A DNA stretch of 64,000 bases from a virus. Lineage: Duplodnaviria > Heunggongvirae > Uroviricota > Caudoviricetes. The position numbers and the translations under genes are program-made. Shown here one piece after another: positions 10,274-19,509 of the stretch; the first letter of the stretch is position 1, and the number at the start of each line of letters is the position of its first letter. The stretch is taken from positions 32,001 to 96,000 of the IMG/VR virus record IMGVR_UViG_3300046008_000242; one strand, given 5' to 3'. The notes under the pieces were generated by a model. That model searched no databases and was not told the origin of the DNA. It saw only the letters and a list, made by a program, of their open reading frames with translations.

Positions 10274-11417
10274 TGTCAATTCCTTTGAATGTAATATCGA
10301 ATGTTTTATATACATGTTCTGGATTATCGATATAAAATCTGACTTCTTCCATTAGTGTTTCTAAATTTGCGTCGTTTAAAACTTCTGTCCATCCAAATTC
10401 ACCGTAATCGTCTTTTCTGATTAGATGTTTGTATTTGCGTTTTAATAATTGTTCGGTTTGGAATGCATGATTAATGTCTTCCATTTTCTGAAATAAAACA
10501 ACATTAGATGTATCGATGAGTTGTTTGGTATATCGCTTATAGATACTATCTCTAGACGTAATTCCAATTTTAATTTTATCATCGAACCCAACTACATAGA
10601 AATATCCATCATCGGTTAATTCTCTATTCCATAAAGATTTGTAATTTATTTTCGTTTCGACATTTCTGGATTTGAATAATTCAAATGCTTTATCCTCATC
10701 ACCATTTGTTTTACTCAGAGCCCACTCTAACGAACACGAATCTTTTCTTCTATTAGCGTCATCTATTTCTTCTTGTGGTCTAGAATTTAATGTATTTTGC
10801 CATTTATCTTGTCTTTCTTGCCAAATTAAGAACCCTTCTAACATTCCATGTTTTTCTACACATTTATCTAATGAAAAAGTAGATTGACGTTCAGATAGAA
10901 GTTTTAATGATTCTTCTTCAGAATATCCTTGTTTGGTGTAGTATTGAATTGTTGTGTTGTAATTATCATTTTCCGACATAGTCGTTTTGGCTCGTTCTAT
11001 TACGGAACCTATGGACGAAAGTTTTTCTTCATCTGTTAACTCTTCATATTTAACAAATTTCTTGGAAAATGGAGATAATCTACCACCGTGTTGATATGCT
11101 GGATTTTTATCACCTTTGATTCTATTACATTTAGATACACAAACTATCGGTCCATATTTCTCTCTATATTCTAATTGAGTTAATCCATGGACTTTAGGAT
11201 GTTCTGCTAGATCTCTAGTTCTGAACCCACAGACTCCGCATTCAACATATTCGTCTTTATCCATACCGTCTGGAAAACTAATTCTACTACGTTCTATTGT
11301 CGTTTTCCATCTGGCATCGAATGCTGATTTTTTCTTACATTCATCTGAACATAATTTAACGGAAGTGTGATATGGAGTAAATGTTTTGTTGCAATATGTG
11401 CATTGTTTTTCTTTCAT
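10266..11417 (-). CDS. Putative homing endonuclease with Zn fingers and a C-terminal GIY-YIG-like domain
   Basis: CxxC..CSxxC, MucR-like CGVCG...H...HGLTQLEYREKYG, C-terminal YFYVV....IKIGIT; overlaps the gp17 start. Confidence 0.7.
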   Translation of the reverse strand: MKEKQCTYCNKTFTPYHTSVKLCSDECKKKSAFDARWKTTIERSRISFPDGMDKDEYVECGVCGFRTRDLAEHPKVHGLTQLEYREKYGPIVCVSKCNRIKGDKNPAYQHGGRLSPFSKKFVKYEELTDEEKLSSIGSVIERAKTTMSENDNYNTTIQYYTKQGYSEEESLKLLSERQSTFSLDKCVEKHGMLEGFLIWQERQDKWQNTLNSRPQEEIDDANRRKDSCSLEWALSKTNGDEDKAFELFKSRNVETKINYKSLWNRELTDDGYFYVVGFDDKIKIGITSRDSIYKRYTKQLIDTSNVVLFQKMEDINHAFQTEQLLKRKYKHLIRKDDYGEFGWTEVLNDANLETLMEEVRFYIDNPEHVYKTFDITFKGIDNG

Positions 11418-11529
11418 GATTTTATATTTTCTTTATTGTAAAATTATACATATAGAAATGTTCTGTCACCCTTGAATAGTCGTTAATGAATATGTACACT
11501 CAGAAATAATATATCCATTAAGAAGTGTA

Positions 11530-12090
11530 TCAATAACATTCATTATTTGTACAATAATCCACTCTAGCGGAACGTTCTGTATATCATCCAATCAACTCTA
11601 TGCCATACAATTTAAACGAGCAGTAGTGAGGATTTATAGATGTCCATTGTATGATTGACATATCGAGAGAGTCTTAAACATTTCTTTCGATGTTTAATGT
11701 ATCGATAAGGTCATCTTAAACATCGAATCAATAATTACTGGAGTCTTAAACTCCTTTCGAAATGGTAGGAACTCCATTATGATAGACTATGTCGATCCTT
11801 TGAGTTATGTTCTAAATGGCATTAATATTACTTTAATGTTTTCTAGTGTCTTCCTCGACTTTATTATACAACATTCATTTAATCAATATTCCCATATAAA
11901 ATACTCGAAACAAAATCCCGTCAGATTTAAAGTTCTGACGGGATTTTTATTGGATACAATTTACATTATTTCAACATATAACATTCCTTAGAACATCCAT
12001 TATTTGCTCGTTAATGGACTCTAGTGGAACGTTCTATATACAGAGCAATCAACTCTATGTCATGTAAAATAAACGTTGTATAATGTCCAA
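11530..12090. repeat. ~475-bp non-coding repeat family, array 2 (about 1.2 units)
   Basis: Core at 11778-11808, hairpin 11912-11948, then the start of another unit to 12090. Confidence 0.92.
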
Positions 12091-12489
12091 TTATTTGCCA
12101 TCTACATAGGTTTTATATTCTTCAACAAGAAACGACATAGCTTCTTTACCCTTAGTTGATTTAAAGAAGATAGGAATATGACTGGCGATGACTGGGTCGG
12201 ACAACCATTTTAATTGTTCTGGATTTAAGACAGATGCGGCAAATTCATTTATCTTTTGTTCCAATTCAGAAACAGGAGGTTTAGGTTGTTCTACTGGAGT
12301 AGAGGGTTGTTGAGTATTTAATATCTTTTGTAATTCTTCTTGGACTGATTTTTGTACCATTTCTTGGATATTTGGTGAACTGGGAATTCCTCCTCCAATA
12401 TTATAATGATTATTCGATTGTTGTTGTTTCAATACATCTAATTGTTGTTGGAGAGCATCAATGTTTAACGGAGATAACGGATTGTACAT
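12091..12489 (-). CDS. Hypothetical Q/P-rich protein
   Basis: 132-aa ORF with AGGA RBS. Confidence 0.75.
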   Translation of the reverse strand: MYNPLSPLNIDALQQQLDVLKQQQSNNHYNIGGGIPSSPNIQEMVQKSVQEELQKILNTQQPSTPVEQPKPPVSELEQKINEFAASVLNPEQLKWLSDPVIASHIPIFFKSTKGKEAMSFLVEEYKTYVDGK

Positions 12490-12637
12490 AATATATGTCC
12501 TGTAATGTTTTAGATAAAATTATTTACATGAAATTTTACACAATAAAAAAGGAGCCACTAGAGCTCCTTAGATAATGACTTTAATCCGTATCTTATTATG
12601 GATACATTTAATTCCTTGTCATTTATGGTTTCAGAAG

Positions 12638-13558
12638 TTAAACTGCAACTTGTCCCATTGAGTTTCCCGTCATTCTACCAGTATTAACAACAGTTTGTGT
12701 CTGAGTTTGGATATGAGCCAAAGCAGCAGCCAAACCACTAGAGATATTGGCAATTTGTTGTTGTTGAGATTGTTGCGCAAGAGCATTTGCCACGGCTGTT
12801 GCATTATTATTGTTATTGATAATAATGTCATGAGATGCTCTATCGTTACGACGATCACCTAATGCTTCAGCTAATTTGTTTTCAGCTACTGTAATCTGAC
12901 GATTTAGATCCGCTGTATTGATATTAGAAATCATATCGCGAGTTCTATCGCCATCTGTTGTAATCGCTTGTAATGTTCTATAAGCTGATTCCAAACCAGT
13001 AACTTCGGCTCTATGTGTTGCATTCAAGTTTGCTACATTAGACGCATTGATTGCATCGCCTAATTGATGGATACCTGAGTTGATGTTATTAGCCAATGCG
13101 TTCATATTACTATTGACATCAGCGGCGAGAGCTGCTTGTCCGGACATAATATTGGCATGACCATTAACATTAGTCAATGTTGAATCCATGATACTAGAAG
13201 TCAAAGCAGTTTGACCTTGTAATGTAGCAACAGTTTGACTTAAATTAGCAGCTGCCACTGCCGCTTGGGTGGCACCAGCAGATGTAGCGATATCCTTACC
13301 AAGATGATTTACGTCTTGTGTTAATATCTGAGTTGAAGTTGCCAATTGTTGTTGATTCAACGCTTGTAATACATCAGCATTGCGATTATGTAACATGCCA
13401 TCTCCATATCCCATCATCCCGTTACCATTTCCGAATCCATTACCCGTTAGACGAGGTAATAAAGAACCTAACAATACAGCACCTAAAGTACCACCACCAA
13501 ACATGCCGTCGTTAGAACCAGTTTGGATAGGTAAGATTGTAGAAGCAACATCAGCCAT
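12638..13558 (-). CDS. Hypothetical G/N/Q/A-rich helical protein, possibly virion-associated
   Basis: 306-aa ORF with AGGAG RBS, Gly-rich hydrophobic N-terminus, followed by a hairpin at 12545-12569. Confidence 0.8.
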   Translation of the reverse strand: MADVASTILPIQTGSNDGMFGGGTLGAVLLGSLLPRLTGNGFGNGNGMMGYGDGMLHNRNADVLQALNQQQLATSTQILTQDVNHLGKDIATSAGATQAAVAAANLSQTVATLQGQTALTSSIMDSTLTNVNGHANIMSGQAALAADVNSNMNALANNINSGIHQLGDAINASNVANLNATHRAEVTGLESAYRTLQAITTDGDRTRDMISNINTADLNRQITVAENKLAEALGDRRNDRASHDIIINNNNNATAVANALAQQSQQQQIANISSGLAAALAHIQTQTQTVVNTGRMTGNSMGQVAV

Positions 13559-13660
13559 TTTAATTCTCCTGGAAAGGATAGAGGATAGGATCCATTTTCA
13601 TGTATCCTTATTTGTAGAAAAGGTATCTACATATTTATTTATAAAAATGGAGATTTCAAT

Positions 13661-14470
13661 TTACAATTCTGGACAATATTGGTATTGGATTAAAACGGAT
13701 TTTGTATCCCATTTATCGCCTAGATCTTTGATGATGAATGTCTTACCAGTTTCATCTGATGTATCTAATTCAATTTCTGCATCATGTACAACGAGTTCAT
13801 CTTCAATAGAATCATCGAAATGTCTAACAAGACCAAAATTACCAACTCCATCTAAACCAGAAATTGGAGCATATGTTAATTTGATTTTATCTTTATTGAT
13901 TGTAACAAATTCTTTCTTAGGTTTAGAACCACCTTTCAATGCAACTGAATCTGCGTATTTCATTAGAATTTGTTCTAATTCCGTAATGGAATCAATACGT
14001 TCTTTCATTTCTGATTCAATCAAATCTTTCAACTCATTATCTGATTCTAATCTTTCATCCACTTCTTCTTTCAATTTAGAAGTAGCTGCTTGGTATAATG
14101 ATTTAATTGCTCCTTCGAGGTTTAAATCAGCTGCTTTAAATTCTTCCAAAATCTTTGTTAACATAATAATTGATTGAGGATCTGAATTAGAGATGATACT
14201 GTTGATTTGAGATTGTAATGCATTATCACTAGATAATCTTTCCGACTTCTCCAATTCATCCGCAGATGTTCTTGCATCAATTTCTTCCGAAAATGCAGAA
14301 AGTATTTCTTCTTCAACTTTAATTGCTCTAGATGATTCTTCCAAGATGGTCTTCGATAATTGAATATCAGAAGAAGATCTAATCTCGGCTTCCTCATCAA
14401 CAATTTGTTTAACTCCATCAAACCTAGCATGTAATTTGTGGATATTATTCGAATGGTACTGTACAATTAT
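13661..14470 (-). CDS. Segmented coiled-coil protein (fibritin/whisker-like); possible non-AUG start
   Basis: E..R...D..L repeats; frame stays open upstream of the tracked TTG to ATA at 14470, 8 nt after GGAG. Confidence 0.6.
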   Translation of the reverse strand: MIVQYHSNNIHKLHARFDGVKQIVDEEAEIRSSSDIQLSKTILEESSRAIKVEEEILSAFSEEIDARTSADELEKSERLSSDNALQSQINSIISNSDPQSIIMLTKILEEFKAADLNLEGAIKSLYQAATSKLKEEVDERLESDNELKDLIESEMKERIDSITELEQILMKYADSVALKGGSKPKKEFVTINKDKIKLTYAPISGLDGVGNFGLVRHFDDSIEDELVVHDAEIELDTSDETGKTFIIKDLGDKWDTKSVLIQYQYCPEL

Positions 14471-14546
14471 TTGTATTACTCCGAAAGATTATGTTAGAAA
14501 TTACGTAAGTTCTAACTTCCTGAACAACAATAGAAACTTTTAAACT

Positions 14547-15281
14547 CTATGGATTCATTAATGTTGAGAACCAATAATCTTCAGATAGATTATCAGGAAC
14601 ATCTTCCTTGTTGACGGCAGATGTTCTATAATGTTCACTTTGTATGGGTAAATTAACGTTGACGTGTTTAATGACACTGGATGTTGCTATCGAACCAAAT
14701 AACTCCAATTTTAGTGTGAACGAGAATGTATGGATGATTTCCCTACGAGCAGAAATTTCATTTTCATAATTATCATCTACGGTAACTGAATTTAATATAA
14801 TTGGTACATCCTTAACAACATTCATTTCTGGAACAGCATTTATGGAAATGGTATAATTTGGAGTGAACATCGGCAATATCTTTTCCATTACAACTAGACC
14901 ATCTTCTATGGTTTTTGTAATCAGATATAACGATACATCCAAATTATACGGAACGCCAGAATATTGTATATTTGATGTAAGATTTTGGTTTGTGTTACCT
15001 AATCTATTATTCTTATTGACCTTTCTTGTAGAATCGTATGAATAATTTGTAATCTCAAATGCCAATCTCGGTAATGTAATCTGGGTGTTATTAGTCTGAG
15101 AAGCGTCTTGCTCCGTTCTTGTTACCCATTTTTCTTTGTTAGAATAAGCAATGGGTACATTAACAGTCTGTATTAAATTACCATTGTTGTCCTTACGTTC
15201 TATCTGGATACCAGAAAATAGTTTGCCGAAGGATGCAATGGTCTTCTTAATGATAGCAGGATAATATGATGATTGAAACAT
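14547..15281 (-). CDS. gp15: Tail sheath stabiliser/terminator (T4 gp15-like)
   Basis: FGKLFS.I, VPIAY..KEK, TLPR..FE, VPYNL motifs; synteny. Confidence 0.93.
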   Translation of the reverse strand: MFQSSYYPAIIKKTIASFGKLFSGIQIERKDNNGNLIQTVNVPIAYSNKEKWVTRTEQDASQTNNTQITLPRLAFEITNYSYDSTRKVNKNNRLGNTNQNLTSNIQYSGVPYNLDVSLYLITKTIEDGLVVMEKILPMFTPNYTISINAVPEMNVVKDVPIILNSVTVDDNYENEISARREIIHTFSFTLKLELFGSIATSSVIKHVNVNLPIQSEHYRTSAVNKEDVPDNLSEDYWFSTLMNP

Positions 15282-15934
15282 TAGAATCCCCCGAAAGGAT
15301 CTAATTCTGAAAAAATCGCATCAGTTCCATGAGAGATTAAACTAGAATTATCACCAAATGAATCTGGGGTTTCCACAGGATTAGATGATGTTTCATCATA
15401 CGTCTTCAATGATTCAAATACGTCAATGTTATTATCTCCAGTGGAGAAACGTTCTGATGAGTATTGGAATAATTCAACAGATAATTTATAGACGTAGAGT
15501 TTTCCTAATTGGTAGAATGGATCCTGATGATTAACAAATTTAATCTCAAATAATCCACCAGTCAACGGGAAATAGATTAAATCACCTTCCGCTGGTCTAT
15601 CTGGGATAATGGTCTGACCGTATCTACCAACAAGATTTCTCCATTCTTTCCTTGCGATAACCAATGTTGCAGTCTGTTCAATTGTTAATCCAAATTTAGA
15701 TTGCATATAACTTGAACCCTCAAATCCGTCCACGCTCTCAAAATATGTTACCACAGGATAAGCATTTTTGAATTCGGATAATCTATCTTCACCTAGGATA
15801 TCGTCTTTGGCGACTAACGATCTAGGAATGTATGACATATCTTGACCGTATATGTTAATAGATTCTATAATTATATCTTCAAGTATATCTCTCTCTGGAC
15901 CAGTACCCATTGTAAAATAGGAATTTCTTGGCAT
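15281..15934 (-). CDS. gp14: Neck protein (T4 gp14-like)
   Basis: ESINIYG.D..YIPR, RPAEGDLIYFP, PFYQLGK motifs. Confidence 0.95.
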   Translation of the reverse strand: MPRNSYFTMGTGPERDILEDIIIESINIYGQDMSYIPRSLVAKDDILGEDRLSEFKNAYPVVTYFESVDGFEGSSYMQSKFGLTIEQTATLVIARKEWRNLVGRYGQTIIPDRPAEGDLIYFPLTGGLFEIKFVNHQDPFYQLGKLYVYKLSVELFQYSSERFSTGDNNIDVFESLKTYDETSSNPVETPDSFGDNSSLISHGTDAIFSELDPFGGF

Positions 15935-15943
15935 TTAAAACTC

Positions 15944-16672
15944 CTATCCAATGAATAATGATGCTGGAGATTGTTCATCAACTAATTGTTGTTCCAATTC
16001 CTTCTGTTCAGAATACGCTGTATCGTAAATACTCTGACCATCAATAGAAACACCGCCTGGTAATAACATATTACTGAATTTAGATAAATTAGAACCCCAT
16101 TGTTTCTTAAACAGAGCAGTAACATATAATTTCAACCATGGATCGTTAAACATTCTGGTTTCAATTTCTGGATCTATTAATTGGTATCCATCGATTACAA
16201 TCCAAGAACCAACTGTTAATTTAGACCAATTTGTATCAAGATATAATTTACCATTATTCTTATTGAATCTAATTAATATCTGACCGGCAAGAACATGGTC
16301 AATCAATTGTAGATGATTCATTGTAATCTGATAATCAGACAATGATGCTGTATTAAGATTGGCGATGATATCAAGTCTGTATTGGGTTTCAAAATTCAAT
16401 AATTGGTCGCGAGATGAATAATTGAATGAGAAGATTCTGGTTACACCTCTAACATCGTAAGGTAAATTGATGTATTTGTTATCGAAGTCTTCTTGTGTAA
16501 TCTGATGTTTTAGATACATTCGTTCTAATCCATCATAATGGTACATCGAGTAATATTGTAATGCCTCGTCGATCCTATCTTCAAGTTGTTCATCCGCCAC
16601 ATTAATTTCAATAACAGGAGCACCCAACGTTCTAAGACAGTATTGTTTTAATTGTTCTCTTGATTGAATCAT
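15944..16672 (-). CDS. gp13: Neck protein (T4 gp13-like)
   Basis: YCLRTLGAPVIEINV..EQ..D.I..AL, KKQWGSNLSKF..M.LPGG; start 16672 preferred. Confidence 0.95.
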   Translation of the reverse strand: MIQSREQLKQYCLRTLGAPVIEINVADEQLEDRIDEALQYYSMYHYDGLERMYLKHQITQEDFDNKYINLPYDVRGVTRIFSFNYSSRDQLLNFETQYRLDIIANLNTASLSDYQITMNHLQLIDHVLAGQILIRFNKNNGKLYLDTNWSKLTVGSWIVIDGYQLIDPEIETRMFNDPWLKLYVTALFKKQWGSNLSKFSNMLLPGGVSIDGQSIYDTAYSEQKELEQQLVDEQSPASLFIG

Positions 16673-16914
16673 TTTGGTGTTGTTTCCGATAATGTTTTTA
16701 ACCAAGCCACGGCCAAAGAGATTGCTAGATTGATGATGAAATTAGAAATATCTCCAAATAAGAATTTAATATCATCCATAACCTTTTGATGTTTTTCATG
16801 ATTTGGTAAATCTCTAGATTCCATGTCATTAACAAACATTTTAACATCAGACCATAATTGTTTATCTAATAATAATTTGGCAGCAGAATTGATTGCAATT
16901 GTTTTAATTTTCAT
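16669..16914 (-). CDS. Small hypothetical protein with hydrophobic C-terminus
   Basis: 81-aa ORF, ATGA overlap with gp13. Confidence 0.65.
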   Translation of the reverse strand: MKIKTIAINSAAKLLLDKQLWSDVKMFVNDMESRDLPNHEKHQKVMDDIKFLFGDISNFIINLAISLAVAWLKTLSETTPK

Positions 16915-17063
16915 TTATATATTCCTACATTGTATACCAACATTTGCTCCTGTTATATTTGAATAATCAGAATCTGTTTGTATGTTATAAATTCTTGGTG
17001 AACATTTTTCTTGGATAGAAGAACATCCTGTTAGGTCAATAACAGGATGATTATCTTTATCAT
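16915..17063 (-). pseudogene. Small lipoprotein with apparent 1-nt frameshift
   Basis: ATG at 17063 gives MIKIIILLLT; adding one base at the GG run 17034-17035 joins it to lipobox LTGC-SSIQEKC... Confidence 0.55.
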
Positions 17064-17260
17064 TTTGAGAACCCTTCGATCTTAGATTCTGGCGCACCTT
17101 CTGCGGTAAACACTGCCAACACCCCAAATATCATTGTTGCCACGTTCATCCAATTATTGTATGTTTCTTCTTGTACATGAAATGTAGTCAATAAAAACAT
17201 AATGGCGATATGCGAACTCGGTTCTCTTAGACGATTGAAAATGTAAATCAATTTGGACAT
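17060..17260 (-). CDS. Putative holin-like membrane protein
   Basis: 66 aa, RLREPSS motif followed by two hydrophobic segments. Confidence 0.5.
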   Translation of the reverse strand: MSKLIYIFNRLREPSSHIAIMFLLTTFHVQEETYNNWMNVATMIFGVLAVFTAEGAPESKIEGFSK

Positions 17261-17307
17261 ATTATTTCCTTTATATTAGATAAAATGTATAATATTCAAT
17301 AATTTGG

Positions 17308-17766
17308 TTAAAGGTCAATAGAAGATAATTCTGCTCGTTTTTCGGTGCGTAAATTTTCAACAAATTTACCAAAATCAATTAACGATTGTTCTTCACCTGG
17401 TTGGAATACATACATTCCTAATGCAACGCCAGTTCCAATTCTAGAAAAATACTGTTCGTCGTCTAATGAATAAACTGCTCTCAATTTTTCATTGAATCTA
17501 GAATCAATTAACGCAACCGTGGCACTATTTTGTTTGATTTTAGATTTAAGAACGGGATCTAATGTAACAGATTCAAACTCAATTTCATCTGATTGTTTAG
17601 GTATATTTGGAACTAATGTGTCTGGGATAAAAATATATTGGAACCCATCAACTTCCGCTAAATGAGTGGGTCTATCGGTTTGTATTTCAAAATTATATTT
17701 AAAATCTAATGTTGTTGTGTTAGGAAATTCTCCAACAATGATTCGTTTATATCTAAAGATAGACAT
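17308..17766 (-). CDS. Hypothetical protein downstream of the DGR RT (possible fibre chaperone)
   Basis: 152-aa ORF with AAGGAG RBS, overlapping the RT 3' end. Confidence 0.7.
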   Translation of the reverse strand: MSIFRYKRIIVGEFPNTTTLDFKYNFEIQTDRPTHLAEVDGFQYIFIPDTLVPNIPKQSDEIEFESVTLDPVLKSKIKQNSATVALIDSRFNEKLRAVYSLDDEQYFSRIGTGVALGMYVFQPGEEQSLIDFGKFVENLRTEKRAELSSIDL

Positions 17767-18801
17767 TTATTCTCCTTATAGTTTAATGGAAATAAAACAT
17801 TCAAAATTCTTCTATAGACTAATGTGATGTTGATTGCCAATCTTGGATTTTTGTTAATAACTTTATTACATAAAGTGTCGAAACTAGATGTATGTAATGC
17901 ATGAGATAATATACTATTCATTGAATTGATATTACCTTGTTTTAATTTTTTATTGAATTTGTATAAAGAATGTTTCCTAATCAATCGAAATGATTTCTTT
18001 GCTCTATATCCCACAAAATTTATACCATTTGACGTCTTTGAAATATTGAATTTCGATAATTCTAGATTCAATTCTGCTCGTATGAATTTCTCAATCAATT
18101 CTTTACATATACGGGATTGTTCCTTAGACAAATTAAATAAAACAAAATCGTCTACATATCTAACGTACATTTTTATTTTTAATACTCGTTTGATATAATG
18201 GTCAACTGGATTCAAATATATCAAAGCAAACACTTGTGATAATAAATTTCCAATTGGAATCCCAACTCTATCTGGATAGACGATAAACAATTTAATAACA
18301 TCCATCAATCGCTTATCTTTAATCTTATTTTCTATCTGTCTAGTTAAAATATCTCTATCTATTCTATAAAAGAATTTCCTAATATCTAACTGGAGGAAAT
18401 AATTATCGTCTTCAGATTTCCTAAGATACTCTTGAACTTTATCCGCAGCTCTATGAGTTCCTTTACCAACTCCTACAACCATAATTATGGTATATGAATG
18501 TAGAATCAAAAATCGGATATATCACTAGATATATTGCATGTTGAATTATAGTGTCCCTGAAATGTGGTGCAAATATAATTCGTTCTTTTGGTTCATGGAC
18601 AATAAATTGTTTATACTCTCTTGGGATATAAATGCCTGAATGTATCTCATGATGTAATTGAATAATATTGGAACCTAAATTCCTTTCAAAATCCACCACC
18701 ATTTTTTTATTTCTTTTACCACGTTTTGCCCGATAAAATGCATTGAACAATGCGTCAACACTGAAACATTGTTCAAACAAGTTTTTGTATGTCTTAGTCA
18801 T
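17706..18801 (-). CDS. DGR reverse transcriptase, split by a 1-nt insertion near 18471-18473
   Basis: ORF 18463-18801 (EPKERII.AP.FRD..IQHA, NYGCR) joins ORF 17706-18509 (GKGTHRA, LDIRKFF, GIPIGNLLSQ, YVRYVDD); GxxxSQ is DGR-type. Confidence 0.95.
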
Positions 18802-18926
18802 TTAGATTTTCAATTTTCATTACTTAAATAAATGACGTTTGCCAGGTTCGCCATTATGCAGGATAATACACCCCTATTTCTTTTCATTCAGTTCCCTTAA
18901 AGGTCTTCAGCATATTACATTTAGAT

Positions 18927-19040
18927 ATAGTCGGAGCGAAAACCAACATTGTTGTTGTCATTCGAACGATAGTTGTTCCAGTTACGATAGAAGACTCCAT
19001 CATTAGTGGATTCGTTCCAATTACCAGAAGCTATCGGATA
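18927..19040 (-). repeat. DGR template repeat (TR)
   Basis: 114-nt AAC/AAT-rich non-coding copy of the VR located between avd and RT. Confidence 0.96.
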
Positions 19041-19051
19041 CATTAAATGCA

Positions 19052-19453
19052 TTACCCTTTTGAATTAGTTTGGTTAATATAAAACCCTATCAATCGTCCA
19101 ATTTCATCCACCATCAATGAAATCCTAGAATAAATTCTAATCGCTTCTGAATCAGTTCTTCCTGTCTTACCGTTTTTATAATGAAAGTATCCCATTTTAA
19201 ATGAGATATTGATAATGCATCGTAATTGTTCGTGTCTGACGTCCAATTTAGTCAAACTTGTTTTATTTTGATACCTTTTCTCACATTCGATTATACCACA
19301 AAGAACGTCATACGCAGATGTCCTAATTTGAGATTGTATTCCATATTTTTCAAAAGATGGGAAATTCGATAACGCGGTATTTAACATAATTATCAAATCT
19401 TCTGTTTTATTGTATAAAATTGATGTGGTTTTATTATTAACTTGTTTATTCAT
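19052..19453 (-). CDS. avd: DGR accessory variability determinant (four-helix bundle)
   Basis: 133 aa, FPSFEKY.I..QIR and L..LD...EQLR motifs; immediately upstream of TR. Confidence 0.92.
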   Translation of the reverse strand: MNKQVNNKTTSILYNKTEDLIIMLNTALSNFPSFEKYGIQSQIRTSAYDVLCGIIECEKRYQNKTSLTKLDVRHEQLRCIINISFKMGYFHYKNGKTGRTDSEAIRIYSRISLMVDEIGRLIGFYINQTNSKG

Positions 19454-19478
19454 ATTTATTTATGATTCAAATAATTCA

Positions 19479-19500
19479 TGGTGATACTATCGCATCACCA
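19479..19500 (-). promoter_or_regulatory. DGR target-recognition hairpin/cruciform
   Basis: Minus strand TGGTGATGC-GATA-GTATCACCA, 9 nt after the target stop; loop fits the GRNA consensus of phage DGR hairpins. Confidence 0.85.
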
Positions 19501-19509
19501 AACATTTCA

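Noticed and set aside
8690-11417. Intein or intron splitting of the terminase
   Set aside because: gp17 is contiguous from its N-terminal motif to the nuclease domain; the endonuclease is a separate upstream ORF.
11779-11991. Repeat core as a coding sequence (MIDYVDPLSY...)
   Set aside because: No RBS, no synonymous variation among six copies, and stops fall at different positions.
13380-14177. Long plus-strand ORFs (13380-14177, 26651-27334 and many within 27827-37996)
   Set aside because: Antisense shadows of well-supported minus-strand genes.
17706-18801. RT as retron, group II intron, or linked to the 475-bp arrays
   Set aside because: SQ motif, avd and TR/VR fully explain it as a DGR; I see no sequence similarity between the TR region and the arrays.
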